The notes beneath the pieces are model-generated. The model ran no database searches. It worked only from the letters and a program-made list of their open reading frames with translations, and was not told the DNA's origin. Shown here one piece after another: positions 1 to 10,776 of a stretch of DNA of 64,000 nucleotides. Position numbers and translations under genes: made by a program. Source of the stretch: Candidatus Heimdallarchaeota archaeon. Lineage in GTDB: Archaea; Asgardarchaeota; Heimdallarchaeia; Heimdallarchaeales; Heimdallarchaeaceae. Location: assembly GCA_030668825.1 (NCBI GenBank), contig DAOVET010000003.1:11047-75046 (forward strand). The letters are read 5' to 3'. Position 1 is the stretch's first letter. The number at the start of each line of letters is the position of its first letter.

Positions 1-269
1 TTTATGCTTTGATCATAACTTATGACTTTATCATAAATTCCTGATACCTCTATATTCTGAGCATCATATCTTCCACAAATGACAATTTTTTGACCATTTT
101 TACTAATAATGATAGCTGATTGCCAAGTTAACCAAGTATCTTCCAGAAGAAAATATAAGCTTGGATCATGAATTTCTGATGTTTTTCTAACATATGTCAA
201 CCACAAATCTATGCCTAATTCGTTTAAAATCTTGACGGCTTGATCTGTTTTTTGCTTAACTATACTCAT
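1..269 (-). CDS. M24-family (Xaa-Pro) aminopeptidase, N-terminal part; runs off the window edge and is absent from the ORF track
   Basis: Manual translation from ATG at 269: MSIVKQKTDQAVKILNELGIDLWLTYVRKTSEIHDPSL...LTWQSAIII..., open to position 1; resembles the N-domain of M24 peptidases. Confidence 0.6.
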   Translation of the reverse strand, partial: MSIVKQKTDQAVKILNELGIDLWLTYVRKTSEIHDPSLYFLLEDTWLTWQSAIIISKNGQKIVICGRYDAQNIEVSGIYDKVISYDQSI

Positions 270-444
270 CAAACTGCTTTTTCTTCTTCTTCTTTATTTA
301 TTTTTTTACTACATCTAGGATTGCATCACATAAAGAATTCAAAAACAGTCTATTTTATGTTAGAAACAATTACCCCCATAAGAGAAAATTAAAGAAGGCT
401 TAAATACATAATATTTTGTTAAATAATACCATAATTTATTACGT

Positions 445-1071
445 GTGAGATTGTCCATGTCTAGGGAAGCAGTTGATAATTTTGATGAGGATGCAGATGT
501 CAATTCTGTTAAAGTGGCATCAAAGATAAATATTTCAGAACGACAAAGACAAACTCTCATTGAAGTTGTTGATGATATTGCGGGAGAAGAGGTAAGAAAA
601 GTTACTTTAGTTCTGCTAAATGCAGATCAAGAAACTACAGATGAGGAGATTTCTGAAAAACTTGATATGCGTCTAAATCAGGTGAGAAAATCTCTCTATA
701 AACTATATGATCTCCAACTTGCAACTTTTAGAAGGATTAGAGATAAGTCCACTGGGTGGTTTGTTTACTTTTGGACTTTGCATCCTGAAAGGATTGACGT
801 GTTTGTTGATAGAAAGCAGCAAGAAGTTATGGAGAAACTACAAGAAAGATTAGCTTACGAAGAAGAAAATATGTTTTTTACATGCAATAATCCTGAATGC
901 CCTAGAGTTATTTTTCAAGAAGCAATGGATAATAATTTTGAGTGTGAACATTGCGCAGGAAGATTGGAATCTTTTGATAATGAGCAGCTAAAACAAGTGT
1001 TAAGGGAAAAGATTACTGAAATGAAAGAGATAAGAGACAAAACTAGAAAAATAATGAAAGGAGAAAAATAA
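445..1071 (+). CDS. tfe: Transcription factor E (TFE/TFIIE alpha)
   Basis: Winged helix (TDEEISEKL..LNQVRKSLYKL, RDKSTGWFVYFW) followed by Zn ribbon (C-x4-C...FECEHC). Confidence 0.95.
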   Translation: MRLSMSREAVDNFDEDADVNSVKVASKINISERQRQTLIEVVDDIAGEEVRKVTLVLLNADQETTDEEISEKLDMRLNQVRKSLYKLYDLQLATFRRIRDKSTGWFVYFWTLHPERIDVFVDRKQQEVMEKLQERLAYEEENMFFTCNNPECPRVIFQEAMDNNFECEHCAGRLESFDNEQLKQVLREKITEMKEIRDKTRKIMKGEK

Positions 1072-1086
1072 TACATTCATTTCATT

Positions 1087-1767
1087 TTAGCTAAATCTCA
1101 ACTGAATTGAATCACTTTCTAATTCTTTTATAGCATCTCTAGCAATCCATTTTGCACTTTTAGAATCTTTCTTCTGAATCTCCTTTGCTAATTCAATGGC
1201 TTTTTTGTTTAGGTTTAAGTTTCTTTTTCCAATTTGTCTCAAAGCCCAATTTACTGCCTTTTTTACATTTTTTCTGTCATCAATTGATTCCTTCTCAATA
1301 AAAGGAAAGAATTGCAGCAATTTTTTATCATCTGCTTCTTTATCTTTCCAGGCAAAAACAGCAATTAGTGCAAATGCTGCTCGTTTTACAAATTCTTCTT
1401 TTCTACTACTCCACTCAGTGGCTTTTATGTATGCATAATCTGTCAGATAGAAAAGATTCATACAAGTCTGATCAACAATTTCCCAATATGTGAAATGCGG
1501 AGAAGAAACCCATTCTTCCATTTGAGTTTGTGTTACTTGTGAAGGATTATCAATCATAGCACCCAGAATCATAGTCTCTCTATACCCAAAATCCCATAAT
1601 TGTTGAGCAAGCTTGTGATTCTTTTTAATTTTCTTTGCCATTTTACGTAGAATTGGTATTCTTACTCCAAAAACCTTATCCGGATTTATACCAAACCTTA
1701 TCATTCCTTCTACATTGGCTGAATTACTTTGAGATTTTAATTCATTCAATATCTCTTCAAGATTCAT
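1087..1767 (-). CDS. DNA alkylation repair protein (AlkD-like HEAT-repeat family)
   Basis: GVRIPILRKMAK, WEIVD, VKKAVNWALRQIGKRN motifs. Confidence 0.88.
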   Translation of the reverse strand: MNLEEILNELKSQSNSANVEGMIRFGINPDKVFGVRIPILRKMAKKIKKNHKLAQQLWDFGYRETMILGAMIDNPSQVTQTQMEEWVSSPHFTYWEIVDQTCMNLFYLTDYAYIKATEWSSRKEEFVKRAAFALIAVFAWKDKEADDKKLLQFFPFIEKESIDDRKNVKKAVNWALRQIGKRNLNLNKKAIELAKEIQKKDSKSAKWIARDAIKELESDSIQLRFS

Positions 1768-1887
1768 CGTAATCTAATACTAAATTAGTTTTGAGAATAT
1801 AAATTTGTAATCCATATTTTTTTGAATAATCAATAAAGTTTATTTGATACTATTTTCATTTTAACAAGAATAAAAGGTGTTTCCATT

Positions 1888-2436
1888 ATGATTCCTAATT
1901 TAAAAAGAGCAAAAGACGAGGTTAAGAATGCTGGTTTAGATAACCTAGTAATTAAACTGGATCATGTTGCTTATCGAGTTAAAATGGGACAAAGAGAAAA
2001 AGCAATGAAAGAAATTGCAGACTTAGTACCCTATAAAGAGTATAAAACTTTCAAAGTTATTTCAATGAAGGCTACAACAAGCACACTTAAGCTTCATGAT
2101 ACGTTACCTGTAATAGTTGTAAGTGAAGGTTTAGCTGAAGATTCTATAGTTGAGAACTATGTAAAGAAATATGGAGGAAGAATACATCATCTTGCATATT
2201 TAGTACGTGACATAGAAAAAGTAGTAGAAATTCAAAAGAACAAAGGTGTAAAATTTACTACAGATGATATAATTGGGAGTGAAGAAGAGGGAATTAAACA
2301 AATATTCACATTACCTACCGAAACAGCTAATCATATCATTGAATATATCCAGCGTTTTGGTGATTTTGATGGTTTCTTCACACCTTCAAACATAGGTGCT
2401 CTGATGAAATCAACTGAAAAATTAGGTGAAGCATGA
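1888..2436 (+). CDS. VOC-superfamily metalloprotein resembling the C-terminal domain of 4-hydroxyphenylpyruvate dioxygenase
   Basis: LDHVAYRV, GGRIHHLAYLV, QIFT, EYIQR, GFFTPSNIGALM. Confidence 0.75.
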   Translation: MIPNLKRAKDEVKNAGLDNLVIKLDHVAYRVKMGQREKAMKEIADLVPYKEYKTFKVISMKATTSTLKLHDTLPVIVVSEGLAEDSIVENYVKKYGGRIHHLAYLVRDIEKVVEIQKNKGVKFTTDDIIGSEEEGIKQIFTLPTETANHIIEYIQRFGDFDGFFTPSNIGALMKSTEKLGEA

Positions 2437-2478
2437 AAATATCAAGAAAAGTTTATTTTTTATTAATCTTCAAATAAA

Positions 2479-3000
2479 ATGATATACATGAAAAAGCTAC
2501 AAGAAAGTCCAAACTCAGCTCTTTATCCAAATCCAGTAATGCTAGTATCAGCAACACATAACAAGAAAGAATCTATTATCACTTTAGCTTGGGGGGGAAC
2601 AAGTAGTTCTAATCCACCTTATGTTTCTATAGCAATTAGAAAAGCAAGATTTTCTTATAATCTAATAAAAAATTCTAAGGAATTTGTACTTAATATTCCT
2701 ACATCAGAAATGCTTACTCAGGTGGAATTCTGTGGAACAAAATCTGGTAGAGACTTCAATAAGTGGAAAGAATGCAATTTCACCAAAGGTAATAGTGTTG
2801 AGATTAATCCCCCTTACATAATTGAATGTCCAGTAAGTATGGAATGTAAATTACATCAAGTTATTGACCTTGGTACTCATGATTTGTTCATAGGAGAAGT
2901 AGTAGCAGTTCATCTGGATGAAGAATGGAAAGAAAAAGGATACCCAGATATGCTTACCTATACTAGAGGAAAATACAAAAAATGCATAGATATTAACTAA
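2479..3000 (+). CDS. Flavin reductase family protein (flavoredoxin-like)
   Basis: LYPNPVMLVS, EFVLNIP, CGTKSGRD, ECPVSMEC, GTHDLFIGEV. Confidence 0.9.
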   Translation: MIYMKKLQESPNSALYPNPVMLVSATHNKKESIITLAWGGTSSSNPPYVSIAIRKARFSYNLIKNSKEFVLNIPTSEMLTQVEFCGTKSGRDFNKWKECNFTKGNSVEINPPYIIECPVSMECKLHQVIDLGTHDLFIGEVVAVHLDEEWKEKGYPDMLTYTRGKYKKCIDIN

Positions 3001-3007
3001 GAAGATA

Positions 3008-3084
3008 TGGTGGTCGGACTGGGATTTGAACCCAGGATCCTTTGCTCCCGAAGCAAAAATCTTACCAAACTAGACCACCCGACC
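3008..3084 (-). tRNA. tRNA-Pro(CGG), CCA encoded
   Basis: Reverse complement GGTCGGGTGGTCTAGTTTGGTAAGATTTTTGCTTCGGGAGCAAAGGATCCTGGGTTCAAATCCCAGTCCGACCACCA folds as a cloverleaf; anticodon stem TTTGC/GCAAA, loop TT-CGG-GA. Confidence 0.95.
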
Positions 3085-3197
3085 ATTCATACATTCCTTC
3101 TAATTTCTATTTACAAAAACCAAGTTAAAAAAATTCTGAAAGATAAATACTATAAGTTACATTTCAAATGAAAAATATGTGATTAGCAATTTAATGG

Positions 3198-3967
3198 TTG
3201 ATTCTGATGAGAATTTTAACAATAAGACCCAATTTACTCCGCTTATCTGATTATGACAAAGAAGATATTTTTCTGGTAATTGACACGTTTAGAGCTACAT
3301 CAACCCTAGCAGTTTTGGCTGAATCTGGTGTAGAAAATATCTTTATTGTTAAAAATCAAGAAGAAGCAAGAATCTTACAAAAGCAATTATGTCCTGGCTG
3401 TTTATTGATAGGTGAAGAGAAAGGTTTGAAGATTAAAGGGTTTGATTATGGAAATAGTCCTTCTTTTTTATATAAGAAGAACTTAGAAAATAAAAGTGTA
3501 GTTTTTCTTCAAGTAATGGCGCAAAAACACTAATATTGCTCAAGAACAAGAAGAATGTTTTTCTCGGCGCTTCGGTAAATCTTCCAAGTATATCTAAAGA
3601 AGTAAGTAAATTAGCAGCAAAGGAAAAAAAGAATGTAATAATAATTCCTGCAGGCCATCAAGGGAATCCAAAAGAATATGTTTTGGAAGACTGGATTACT
3701 AGTGTTCTAATCGCTAGAAAAGTATCTGAATTAACTGAATTTCCAATTGTTACACAAGATGATTTCTGGGATAAAACTATAGATGCGCTAGATGAAGAGA
3801 GTACTCTTGAAAAATTACTCATAAATTCGCCTAATGGAAGGTATTTAGCAGAGTTAGGATTTGAAAACGATGTGATTTTTTCTATTTCAGTTGACAAAAT
3901 TGATAATTTTTTGAAAGTGAAAAAATGGCTGAAAATAGATGGTTATAATTGTGTAAAGTTAGAATAA
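3198..3967 (+). pseudogene. comB: 2-phosphosulfolactate phosphatase (ComB family), split into two ORFs by a 1-nt frameshift at the T-run 3502-3506 (pseudogene or sequencing error)
   Basis: ORF1 has VIDTFRATST, GE..GLKIKGFDYGNSP; ORF2 has LED and NGRYLAELGFENDV; adding one T gives continuous VVFSSSNGAKTLILLKNKK. Confidence 0.85.
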
Positions 3968-3989
3968 AAGAAAGAAAAGGAAAAAAGAA

Positions 3990-5432
3990 CTATATGTTTA
4001 TAGTATTGAAGTCTGTTTTCTTATCCCTTTTTGTAGGATGGAATTTATCAATAACTTCAGATGGAATACGTTTTAGCACTCTGTAAGGATCATCAAAAAT
4101 TCCTAATAATTCCCAACCAACATCTAATGATTCGAAAATTGATCTGTCCTCATAGTAATCTTGATTGATGAATTTTTGCTCAAAAAGTTCTGCAAATTCG
4201 AGAGTCTTCTTATCAATATCTGAAAGCGATTCATCTCCAACTACAGCAACAAGATCTCTCAAATCTTTACCTGTAGCATAAAGTGCGTATAACTGATCTT
4301 GAACATACTTATGATCACTTCTTGTTGAACCCTTTCCAATTGTATCTTTCATTAGCCTAGAAAGTGAAGGTAATGGATTAATCGGTGGATACAATCCCTT
4401 TCTGTTTAATCCTATATCTACATACACTTGTCCTTCAGTAATGTATCCAGTTAAATCTGGTACAGGATGGGTGATATCGTAGTTTGGTAATGTTAGAATT
4501 GGAATTTGGGTGATTGAACCTTTCCTACCATGTATTCTTCCCGCTCTCTCATATATTGTTGAGAAATCTGAGTACATATAACCGGGATAACCTCTTCTGC
4601 TAGGAACTTCGCTTCTTGCAGCAGCAACTTCACGAAGAGATTCTGCATATGCTGTTATATCAGTGAGAATTACGAGCACATGATAATCATGATCATATGC
4701 AAGATGTTCAGCTGCTGTTAAAGCAAGACGAGGTGTTAAGAGTCGTTCAATCGCAGGATCATCTGCTAAATTAAGGAAAAGAACAACTTTGTCCAAAGCA
4801 CCAGTTTGTTCAAAATCATCTCTGAAGAATCTGGCTTCATCTGCTGTGATTCCCATTGCACAAAAGATAACTGCAAAATCCTCTTTTGCCCCAAGAACCT
4901 TTGCTTGTCTAGCAATTTGAGCCGCTAACATATTATGTGGAAGACCACTCCCACTGAATAATGGTAGTTTTTGTCCTCTTACTAGTGTCAATAATGTATC
5001 AATTGTACTAATGCCTGTTTCTATAAACTCTTTGGGGTACTGTCTAGCAGAAGGATTTATTGGTGATCCAGTGATATCTAGAATTCTTTCTGGTACTATA
5101 TCTCCTCCACCATCTATGGCTTCACCTCTACCATTGAATACTCTGCCAAGCATCTCAGCACTAACACCTATTTTCATGGTTTCTCCAAGAAATCTACATA
5201 TGGTGTCTTTTGTTTCAAGACCGGAAGTACCTTCAAAACATTGAATAATTGCGAGATTCTTAGACACATCTAGAACTTGACCTCTTCTTTTTTCTCCTGT
5301 TGTGGTGATAATCTCAGCAATTTCGCCATAAGATACACCACCCATTCCTTGTAGATCTACAAACATCAAAGGTCCTGAAACTTCAATGACTGTTTTAAAT
5401 TCTCTAGTTTCATATTTTTCTTGGACTGTCAT
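3990..5432 (-). CDS. atpB: A/V-type ATP synthase subunit B
   Basis: [41 protein letters not shown]. Confidence 0.98.
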   Translation of the reverse strand: MTVQEKYETREFKTVIEVSGPLMFVDLQGMGGVSYGEIAEIITTTGEKRRGQVLDVSKNLAIIQCFEGTSGLETKDTICRFLGETMKIGVSAEMLGRVFNGRGEAIDGGGDIVPERILDITGSPINPSARQYPKEFIETGISTIDTLLTLVRGQKLPLFSGSGLPHNMLAAQIARQAKVLGAKEDFAVIFCAMGITADEARFFRDDFEQTGALDKVVLFLNLADDPAIERLLTPRLALTAAEHLAYDHDYHVLVILTDITAYAESLREVAAARSEVPSRRGYPGYMYSDFSTIYERAGRIHGRKGSITQIPILTLPNYDITHPVPDLTGYITEGQVYVDIGLNRKGLYPPINPLPSLSRLMKDTIGKGSTRSDHKYVQDQLYALYATGKDLRDLVAVVGDESLSDIDKKTLEFAELFEQKFINQDYYEDRSIFESLDVGWELLGIFDDPYRVLKRIPSEVIDKFHPTKRDKKTDFNTINI

Positions 5433-5434
5433 TA

Positions 5435-7225
5435 TTAATCCTCCACACCAAAGGCTTGAATTGTCAAGCCATCTATTTCTTTCATCAACTCGTTTAAGCT
5501 CGTTTCAATTTCACTTCTTTCAATGTACTTCATTCTTGCAATTCTAACAACTAATTCGTGCTCAAAAATGTCTGACACAATTGCCCCTCGTTTGTAGAGG
5601 TCTTGAGCTTTTTCGTAAAATCGTAGAATTGTTTTCAACATAAGATATTGTTTCTCCAAGCTGCAGAAACTATCTATTTCATGAAATGCATTTTGCTGTA
5701 AGAAATCCTCCTTAAGCATTCTCGCTGTTTCAAGAATGATTTTTTCACTTGGAGGTAAAGCATCAGGTCCAACCAGAGCAACAATATCTTGCAACTCCTT
5801 ATCCTTTTGGAGAAGTGCTAAAGCCTCTGCTCGTAATTCAGGGAATTCGGGACTAACATTTTCTGAATAATAATCTTCTAAAGCTGACCAATAAAGAGTA
5901 TAACTTAGTAAGTAATCAATCGCAGGAAAATGTCTGCGGCTAGCTAAATCTTTCGAAAGTGCCCAGAATACTTTGACAATTCTTAGTGTGTTCTGTGTAA
6001 CTGGTTCACTGAAATCTCCACCAGGAGGACTGACTGCGCCAACTACAGTAATACTTGCTTCTCTTGGTTTAGAACCAATTGTTAAAACACGACCTGATCT
6101 TTCATAATATTCAGCGATTCTTGAAGCAAGATATGCTGGAAATGATTCTTCACCGGGCATTTCTTCTAAACGTCCCGAGATTTCTCTCATAGCTTCTGCC
6201 CATCTTGATGTGCTGTCAGCCATCATCGCCACATCGTAACCCATGTCACGGAAGAATTCTGCCAGTGTGATACCTGTATAAACACTAGCTTCTCGAGCAG
6301 CTACAGGCATATTGGATGTATTAGCAATAAGTACTGTACGGTCCATCAAAGGTCCTCCTGTATATGGATCCACCAGTTTTGGAAACTCTCTGAGGACATC
6401 AGTCATCTCATTTCCTCGCTCACCACAACCAACATAAACCACAATTTTAGCATCAGACCATTTTGCTAGTTGGTGTTGACTGACAGTTTTGCCTGTTCCA
6501 AACCCACCAGGAATCGCCCCTGTTCCACCCTTAGCTATAGGAGCTATTGTATCAAAGATTCTCTGTCCTGTTATTAAGGGAATATTAGAAGGTAATCTCT
6601 GATGATAGGGTCTCGGTTGTCTTACTGGCCATTTGTGATAGAATTGTAAATCAACTTTGTCGCCTGTGGGGGTAACAACAGTTGCTGATAAATCATCTAC
6701 AGTATAATCTCCTCTTTGTGCAATGAATTCTAATTTTCCTTGAATATTCGGAGGAACCATCAACTTGAAATCTACAGTTGGAGTTTCCGGTATTTCACCC
6801 AAAATATCTCCTCCAACAACCTTATCTCCTACTTTTAGACTAGGTGCAAAAGCCCATAATTTCTTGTGATCTAAACCAGATATTTCAATTCCTCTAGCAA
6901 TAAAATCACCCGAGACTTCTCGAATTACGGGTAATGGTCTTTGAATTCCATCAAAAATTTGTCTCATCAAACCTGGTCCAAGTTCAACAGAAAGAGGCGC
7001 GTTTGTTAAATGGACTGGTTCTCCAGGAGTTAACCCCTCAGTATTTTCATAAACTTGAATTGTTGCTAAATCACCAGTAAGTCTAATAATTTCTCCTACT
7101 AGCTTTTCCTCTCCTACTCTTGCTACATCATATAGCTTAGAGCCTAGCATATTAGAAGCTTGAACAACTGGTCCAGAGATTCTATAGATTAAACCGATTT
7201 GTTCAGTATTAGTAGTAGTCATCAT
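5435..7225 (-). CDS. atpA: A/V-type ATP synthase subunit A
   Basis: Walker [42 protein letters not shown]. Confidence 0.98.
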   Translation of the reverse strand: MMTTTNTEQIGLIYRISGPVVQASNMLGSKLYDVARVGEEKLVGEIIRLTGDLATIQVYENTEGLTPGEPVHLTNAPLSVELGPGLMRQIFDGIQRPLPVIREVSGDFIARGIEISGLDHKKLWAFAPSLKVGDKVVGGDILGEIPETPTVDFKLMVPPNIQGKLEFIAQRGDYTVDDLSATVVTPTGDKVDLQFYHKWPVRQPRPYHQRLPSNIPLITGQRIFDTIAPIAKGGTGAIPGGFGTGKTVSQHQLAKWSDAKIVVYVGCGERGNEMTDVLREFPKLVDPYTGGPLMDRTVLIANTSNMPVAAREASVYTGITLAEFFRDMGYDVAMMADSTSRWAEAMREISGRLEEMPGEESFPAYLASRIAEYYERSGRVLTIGSKPREASITVVGAVSPPGGDFSEPVTQNTLRIVKVFWALSKDLASRRHFPAIDYLLSYTLYWSALEDYYSENVSPEFPELRAEALALLQKDKELQDIVALVGPDALPPSEKIILETARMLKEDFLQQNAFHEIDSFCSLEKQYLMLKTILRFYEKAQDLYKRGAIVSDIFEHELVVRIARMKYIERSEIETSLNELMKEIDGLTIQAFGVED

Positions 7226-7354
7226 TCATACTCTCTATTCGCTACCCAACTTAATGATTTCTTTTTTTAAGTTTTGTTAAATATCTCTCTTTTTGCTGAA
7301 TAAGTCTCCATACTCAAAAAAAGCGATAAAACTAGTAGTATAATCTTTCTAAGT

Positions 7355-8722
7355 TTATTGTTGATATTTTTGTATCGCTTGAGCAACCAACTTTAAGCTA
7401 TCTTGCAATAAAATATCAACCTTTTCCTTGCTCTTGGCTTCCACAAAGATTCTGAAAATTGGTTCTGTTCCAGAAGGTCTTATCAGAATCCAACTGTCAG
7501 AAGATATGAGTTTGATACCATCAATTGAGATAACTTCATCAGCTTGAACATTAGTTTTGATATATTCCATTACTAGCTCCTTCAGATCATTCGAACATTT
7601 GATCTTTTCTTTAGCTTGATAATATTGAGGTAATTCAGATATTAAATCACTCAAGGTACTTTGGGATTCAGCTAAAATATTTGCCATCAAAGCTGCTGCC
7701 ATCATTCCATCCCTAACACTTTGATGAGGTGCATAAAACAATCCTCCATTTTCCTCTCCTCCAAGAATGCAATTATCCGCAATCATTTTTCGGCTTACAT
7801 AGATACATCCAACAGGTGTCCAAGTGACTGATCCACCAAGATCTTCTGCGATATCAACAACTGCTGAAGAAGAACTAACGGGGGTAACAAATTGCTTGTT
7901 ATCAGAATTTTGTAATATCCACCTTTCAAAAAGTGCAATTGATTTATCTCCAAAGTAGATTTTTCCCCTTTCATCCCCAAATATTGCACGATCTGCATCT
8001 CCATCATGTCCTACAGAAAAATCAGCTTTAACTTGATTAGCAACATACCCCATCACTCGAAGTTTCCTTGGATCGGGTTCCACCCCTCTTCCTGGGAATT
8101 TGCCATCAAGCTGACAATTAACTGAAACAACTCTTATTCCAAGATTCCTTAATACGTAAGGTGTAACTAAGCTTCCTACAGCATTTCCTCCATCAACAAC
8201 AGCTGTAAGTTTCTTTTTTTGTATTAAATCAACATCTACAAACCCAATAATTTGGTTTATGTATTCAGGTATTAGATTCATTTTTGTTATGCTTTTCTTC
8301 GTCTCAGTTTTTCCATCTTGATAGGTTTCAGCTTCATAGGTCTCTTCTATTCCCTTCTGTTTTACTATGTCAATCTCTATTCCGTCTGAATCTATTACCT
8401 TGAGACCATTAAATTCTGGAGGATTGTGGCTAGCAGTTACCACTATACCAATATCTGCGTGTAAATAGGGAACCGCAAACTGTACTAATGGAGTTGGTAC
8501 TATTCCCAAATCTATAACTTCTATTCCTTGTGCTAAGAAACTGGAAATAACAATTTCTTTGAGAGAAGGACTACTTAACCTCGAATCAGAACCAATCACC
8601 ATTGTACCCTTATTTAGCATATACGAAGCAATGGCTGAACTTATTCTGGAAACAAAATCAGGAGTAATTAATTCACCCACTACACCTCTTATCCCGTTTG
8701 TGCCAAAATATTTTCTTTTCAT
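7355..8722 (-). CDS. glmM: Phosphoglucosamine mutase / phosphomannomutase (alpha-D-phosphohexomutase)
   Basis: FGTNGIRG, TASHNP phosphoserine loop, DGDADR metal loop, RPSGTEP. Confidence 0.9.
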   Translation of the reverse strand: MKRKYFGTNGIRGVVGELITPDFVSRISSAIASYMLNKGTMVIGSDSRLSSPSLKEIVISSFLAQGIEVIDLGIVPTPLVQFAVPYLHADIGIVVTASHNPPEFNGLKVIDSDGIEIDIVKQKGIEETYEAETYQDGKTETKKSITKMNLIPEYINQIIGFVDVDLIQKKKLTAVVDGGNAVGSLVTPYVLRNLGIRVVSVNCQLDGKFPGRGVEPDPRKLRVMGYVANQVKADFSVGHDGDADRAIFGDERGKIYFGDKSIALFERWILQNSDNKQFVTPVSSSSAVVDIAEDLGGSVTWTPVGCIYVSRKMIADNCILGGEENGGLFYAPHQSVRDGMMAAALMANILAESQSTLSDLISELPQYYQAKEKIKCSNDLKELVMEYIKTNVQADEVISIDGIKLISSDSWILIRPSGTEPIFRIFVEAKSKEKVDILLQDSLKLVAQAIQKYQQ

Positions 8723-8848
8723 TAGTCATCTATTTGTGTGTCGGAATAAATCTTTTTCGTCATATCGTCATATCCTTTAAGATATCAAGGTGCAACAGAA
8801 TCTTTTAAAAGAGTAATTTATGGTATTCATTTAACTGGACAATTTATC

Positions 8849-9169
8849 GTGGTAGGTACAATGAGCGTTGAGTTTCTAAAAATAATAAGAAAAACAGAAA
8901 GAGATTGTGAAGAAAAAATCAAACAAACAGAAGTATCCAAACAAAATGCTATTTTAGAAGCAGAAAAAACTTCTGTATTAAAGGTTCGAGATGCGGAAAT
9001 TCAAGCTAAAGAGGAAGCTGAAAAAATTCTTTCTGGTGCTGAAGATAGAGTTGAAAAAGAATTTGTCTCAATGAATAAGAAATTTGAAGAAAATCAAAAT
9101 AAATTCAATGAAAAGGCAAAACAAGTTGAGAAAAAAGCTATTGAGGTAGTTCTCTCTGAAGTTTTATAG
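8849..9169 (+). CDS. A/V-type ATP synthase subunit H (G-like peripheral stalk)
   Basis: About 100-aa charged coiled coil (AKEEAEKIL..AE) ending KAIEVVLSEVL, directly upstream of subunit F. Confidence 0.7.
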   Translation: MVGTMSVEFLKIIRKTERDCEEKIKQTEVSKQNAILEAEKTSVLKVRDAEIQAKEEAEKILSGAEDRVEKEFVSMNKKFEENQNKFNEKAKQVEKKAIEVVLSEVL

Positions 9170-9180
9170 TTCGATATTAT

Positions 9181-9519
9181 GTGATTTACATGAGTTCTCC
9201 AATAAGAAACAAAATTGTAAGCATTGGTGATGAAGAAACATCATTGGGTTTCAAATTATCTGGAATATCCCAAGTTTTTACGGAAGAACCCGAAAAAGCA
9301 GGATCACTTTTGAGAACGTTATCTGATGATCCTGAAATTGCTATTCTTATTATCACCGAGGAAGTAGCAAAAGCAAATGAAGCTATTTTAAGGAGAATAA
9401 AACTCAATCCCTATCCAGTTATTGTTGAAGTCCCAGGTAAGAAAGCACAGTATGAAGGTGCTGAAGATAAGGTGCGAGCCTTAATCAAAATGGCTTTAGG
9501 TATCGATATTGAGATGTAA
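9181..9519 (+). CDS. atpF: A/V-type ATP synthase subunit F
   Basis: IGDEETSLGFKLSGI, IAILIITE, PVIVEVP, LIKMALGIDI. Confidence 0.93.
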   Translation: MIYMSSPIRNKIVSIGDEETSLGFKLSGISQVFTEEPEKAGSLLRTLSDDPEIAILIITEEVAKANEAILRRIKLNPYPVIVEVPGKKAQYEGAEDKVRALIKMALGIDIEM

Positions 9520-9557
9520 ATGAGAAAAGTCTTTAAGATTGTTCTCTCTTCTTTCTG

Positions 9558-9839
9558 TTGGAGAATATTACAATGAATGATAAAATAATTGGTTTGGTGA
9601 TGATTTTTGGTTCACTGTCAATTATTGGATTTCTTTTATTTTGGACAATCATAATGCCCATAATCTGGGAAGATCGCCTTTTTGATGCTTATCTTGGTTT
9701 AGCTATTACTGTCTTCGTTATTATTGCCACAGCATTACTTTTTATAGCATGGGTTGGGCGGATTTTTCTGAAAAACAGAGCACCCAAAGAAGGGGTGTTA
9801 GATGAACAAATAGAAGAATATAAAAAAACAAATGATTAG
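9558..9839 (+). CDS. Small two-TM membrane protein, DPM2-like pattern
   Basis: D-K-I-I-G start, TM1 ending W..IMP, TM2 ending AWVG..FLK, charged tail. Confidence 0.55.
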   Translation: MENITMNDKIIGLVMIFGSLSIIGFLLFWTIIMPIIWEDRLFDAYLGLAITVFVIIATALLFIAWVGRIFLKNRAPKEGVLDEQIEEYKKTND

Positions 9840-9845
9840 ATAAAC

Positions 9846-10226
9846 GTGATTAAAATGAGTGGAAGAAGACCTATGTCTCCTCGAGATGCAAAAAGAATGC
9901 AAGCAAGGATGAGACAAATTGAACTAGAAGGAGTTGAAGAGGTCATTATACGTTTCGCTGATAAGGAAACGGTGATTTACAGTCCAACAGTTATGAAAGC
10001 CTTTATTCCTGGTATGATGGAATCAGATACATTTCAAATAGTAGGACCAGGAACAGATAGACCTAGGGGTACTGGAGAAGGTGTAGCAGCGGGAGTTAAT
10101 TTCACTGATTCAGATGTTGAATTAGTAATGGCTCAAGCAGGTGTTTCTGAAGAAAAAGCACGAAAAGCACTTGAAGAAGAAAATGGAGACTTAGCTGGAG
10201 CTATAGTCCGATTAAAAACAAAATAG
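9846..10226 (+). CDS. nac: Nascent polypeptide-associated complex protein (aNAC)
   Basis: ELEGVEEVII NAC domain plus UBA-like C-terminus DVELVMAQAGVSEEKARKALEEENGDLAGAI. Confidence 0.95.
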   Translation: MIKMSGRRPMSPRDAKRMQARMRQIELEGVEEVIIRFADKETVIYSPTVMKAFIPGMMESDTFQIVGPGTDRPRGTGEGVAAGVNFTDSDVELVMAQAGVSEEKARKALEEENGDLAGAIVRLKTK

Positions 10227-10230
10227 TAAG

Positions 10231-10716
10231 TTATTTCCTTTTTCCTATTCCTTTTCTGGTAGAAACCGCAACTCCAGATTTCATTTCTTTAATTAGTTTT
10301 CCAGGAATTTTTGCAGTACCAATACCTAGAAAGTTTCCCTTCTGATTTGTGATAATAACCTCATCTTTAGCAGAAATATCATCATCAACATCTACAACAT
10401 GTTTAGAGAAAACAGTTTTACCATCTCTTACAAAGGGTTCGGCATCGTCATTTACAATAACTTTGAAACCAAAATTGTTTTTGTGGAGTATTTCACCTCC
10501 TAGAATAGAGGGAACCAAAAATCCATCACGTACGCGAAAAGAGCAGATTCTTTCATTATTCCTGTAGATATACCTGATTCTGTTAGTACCTCTTGATCTT
10601 TCAACCAGTGTATCTTCTGTGAACAATATATCTCCTGATCCTTTTCCAAATTGAAAATCAGCTATACTCTGAATCTGTCTCAAATCAAAAGGAGTAGGTT
10701 TTTCTAATTTTTGCAT
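10231..10716 (-). CDS. PUA-domain RNA-binding protein (archaeosine TGT C-terminal-like)
   Basis: IADFQFGKG, TNRIRYI, PFVRDGKTVFSKHV, GVAVSTRKG. Confidence 0.85.
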   Translation of the reverse strand: MQKLEKPTPFDLRQIQSIADFQFGKGSGDILFTEDTLVERSRGTNRIRYIYRNNERICSFRVRDGFLVPSILGGEILHKNNFGFKVIVNDDAEPFVRDGKTVFSKHVVDVDDDISAKDEVIITNQKGNFLGIGTAKIPGKLIKEMKSGVAVSTRKGIGKRK

Positions 10717-10776
10717 ACATTGAAAATCTAACCTTACAGATAATAAGAATTATCATAATTAAGAGAATCGAAATTA

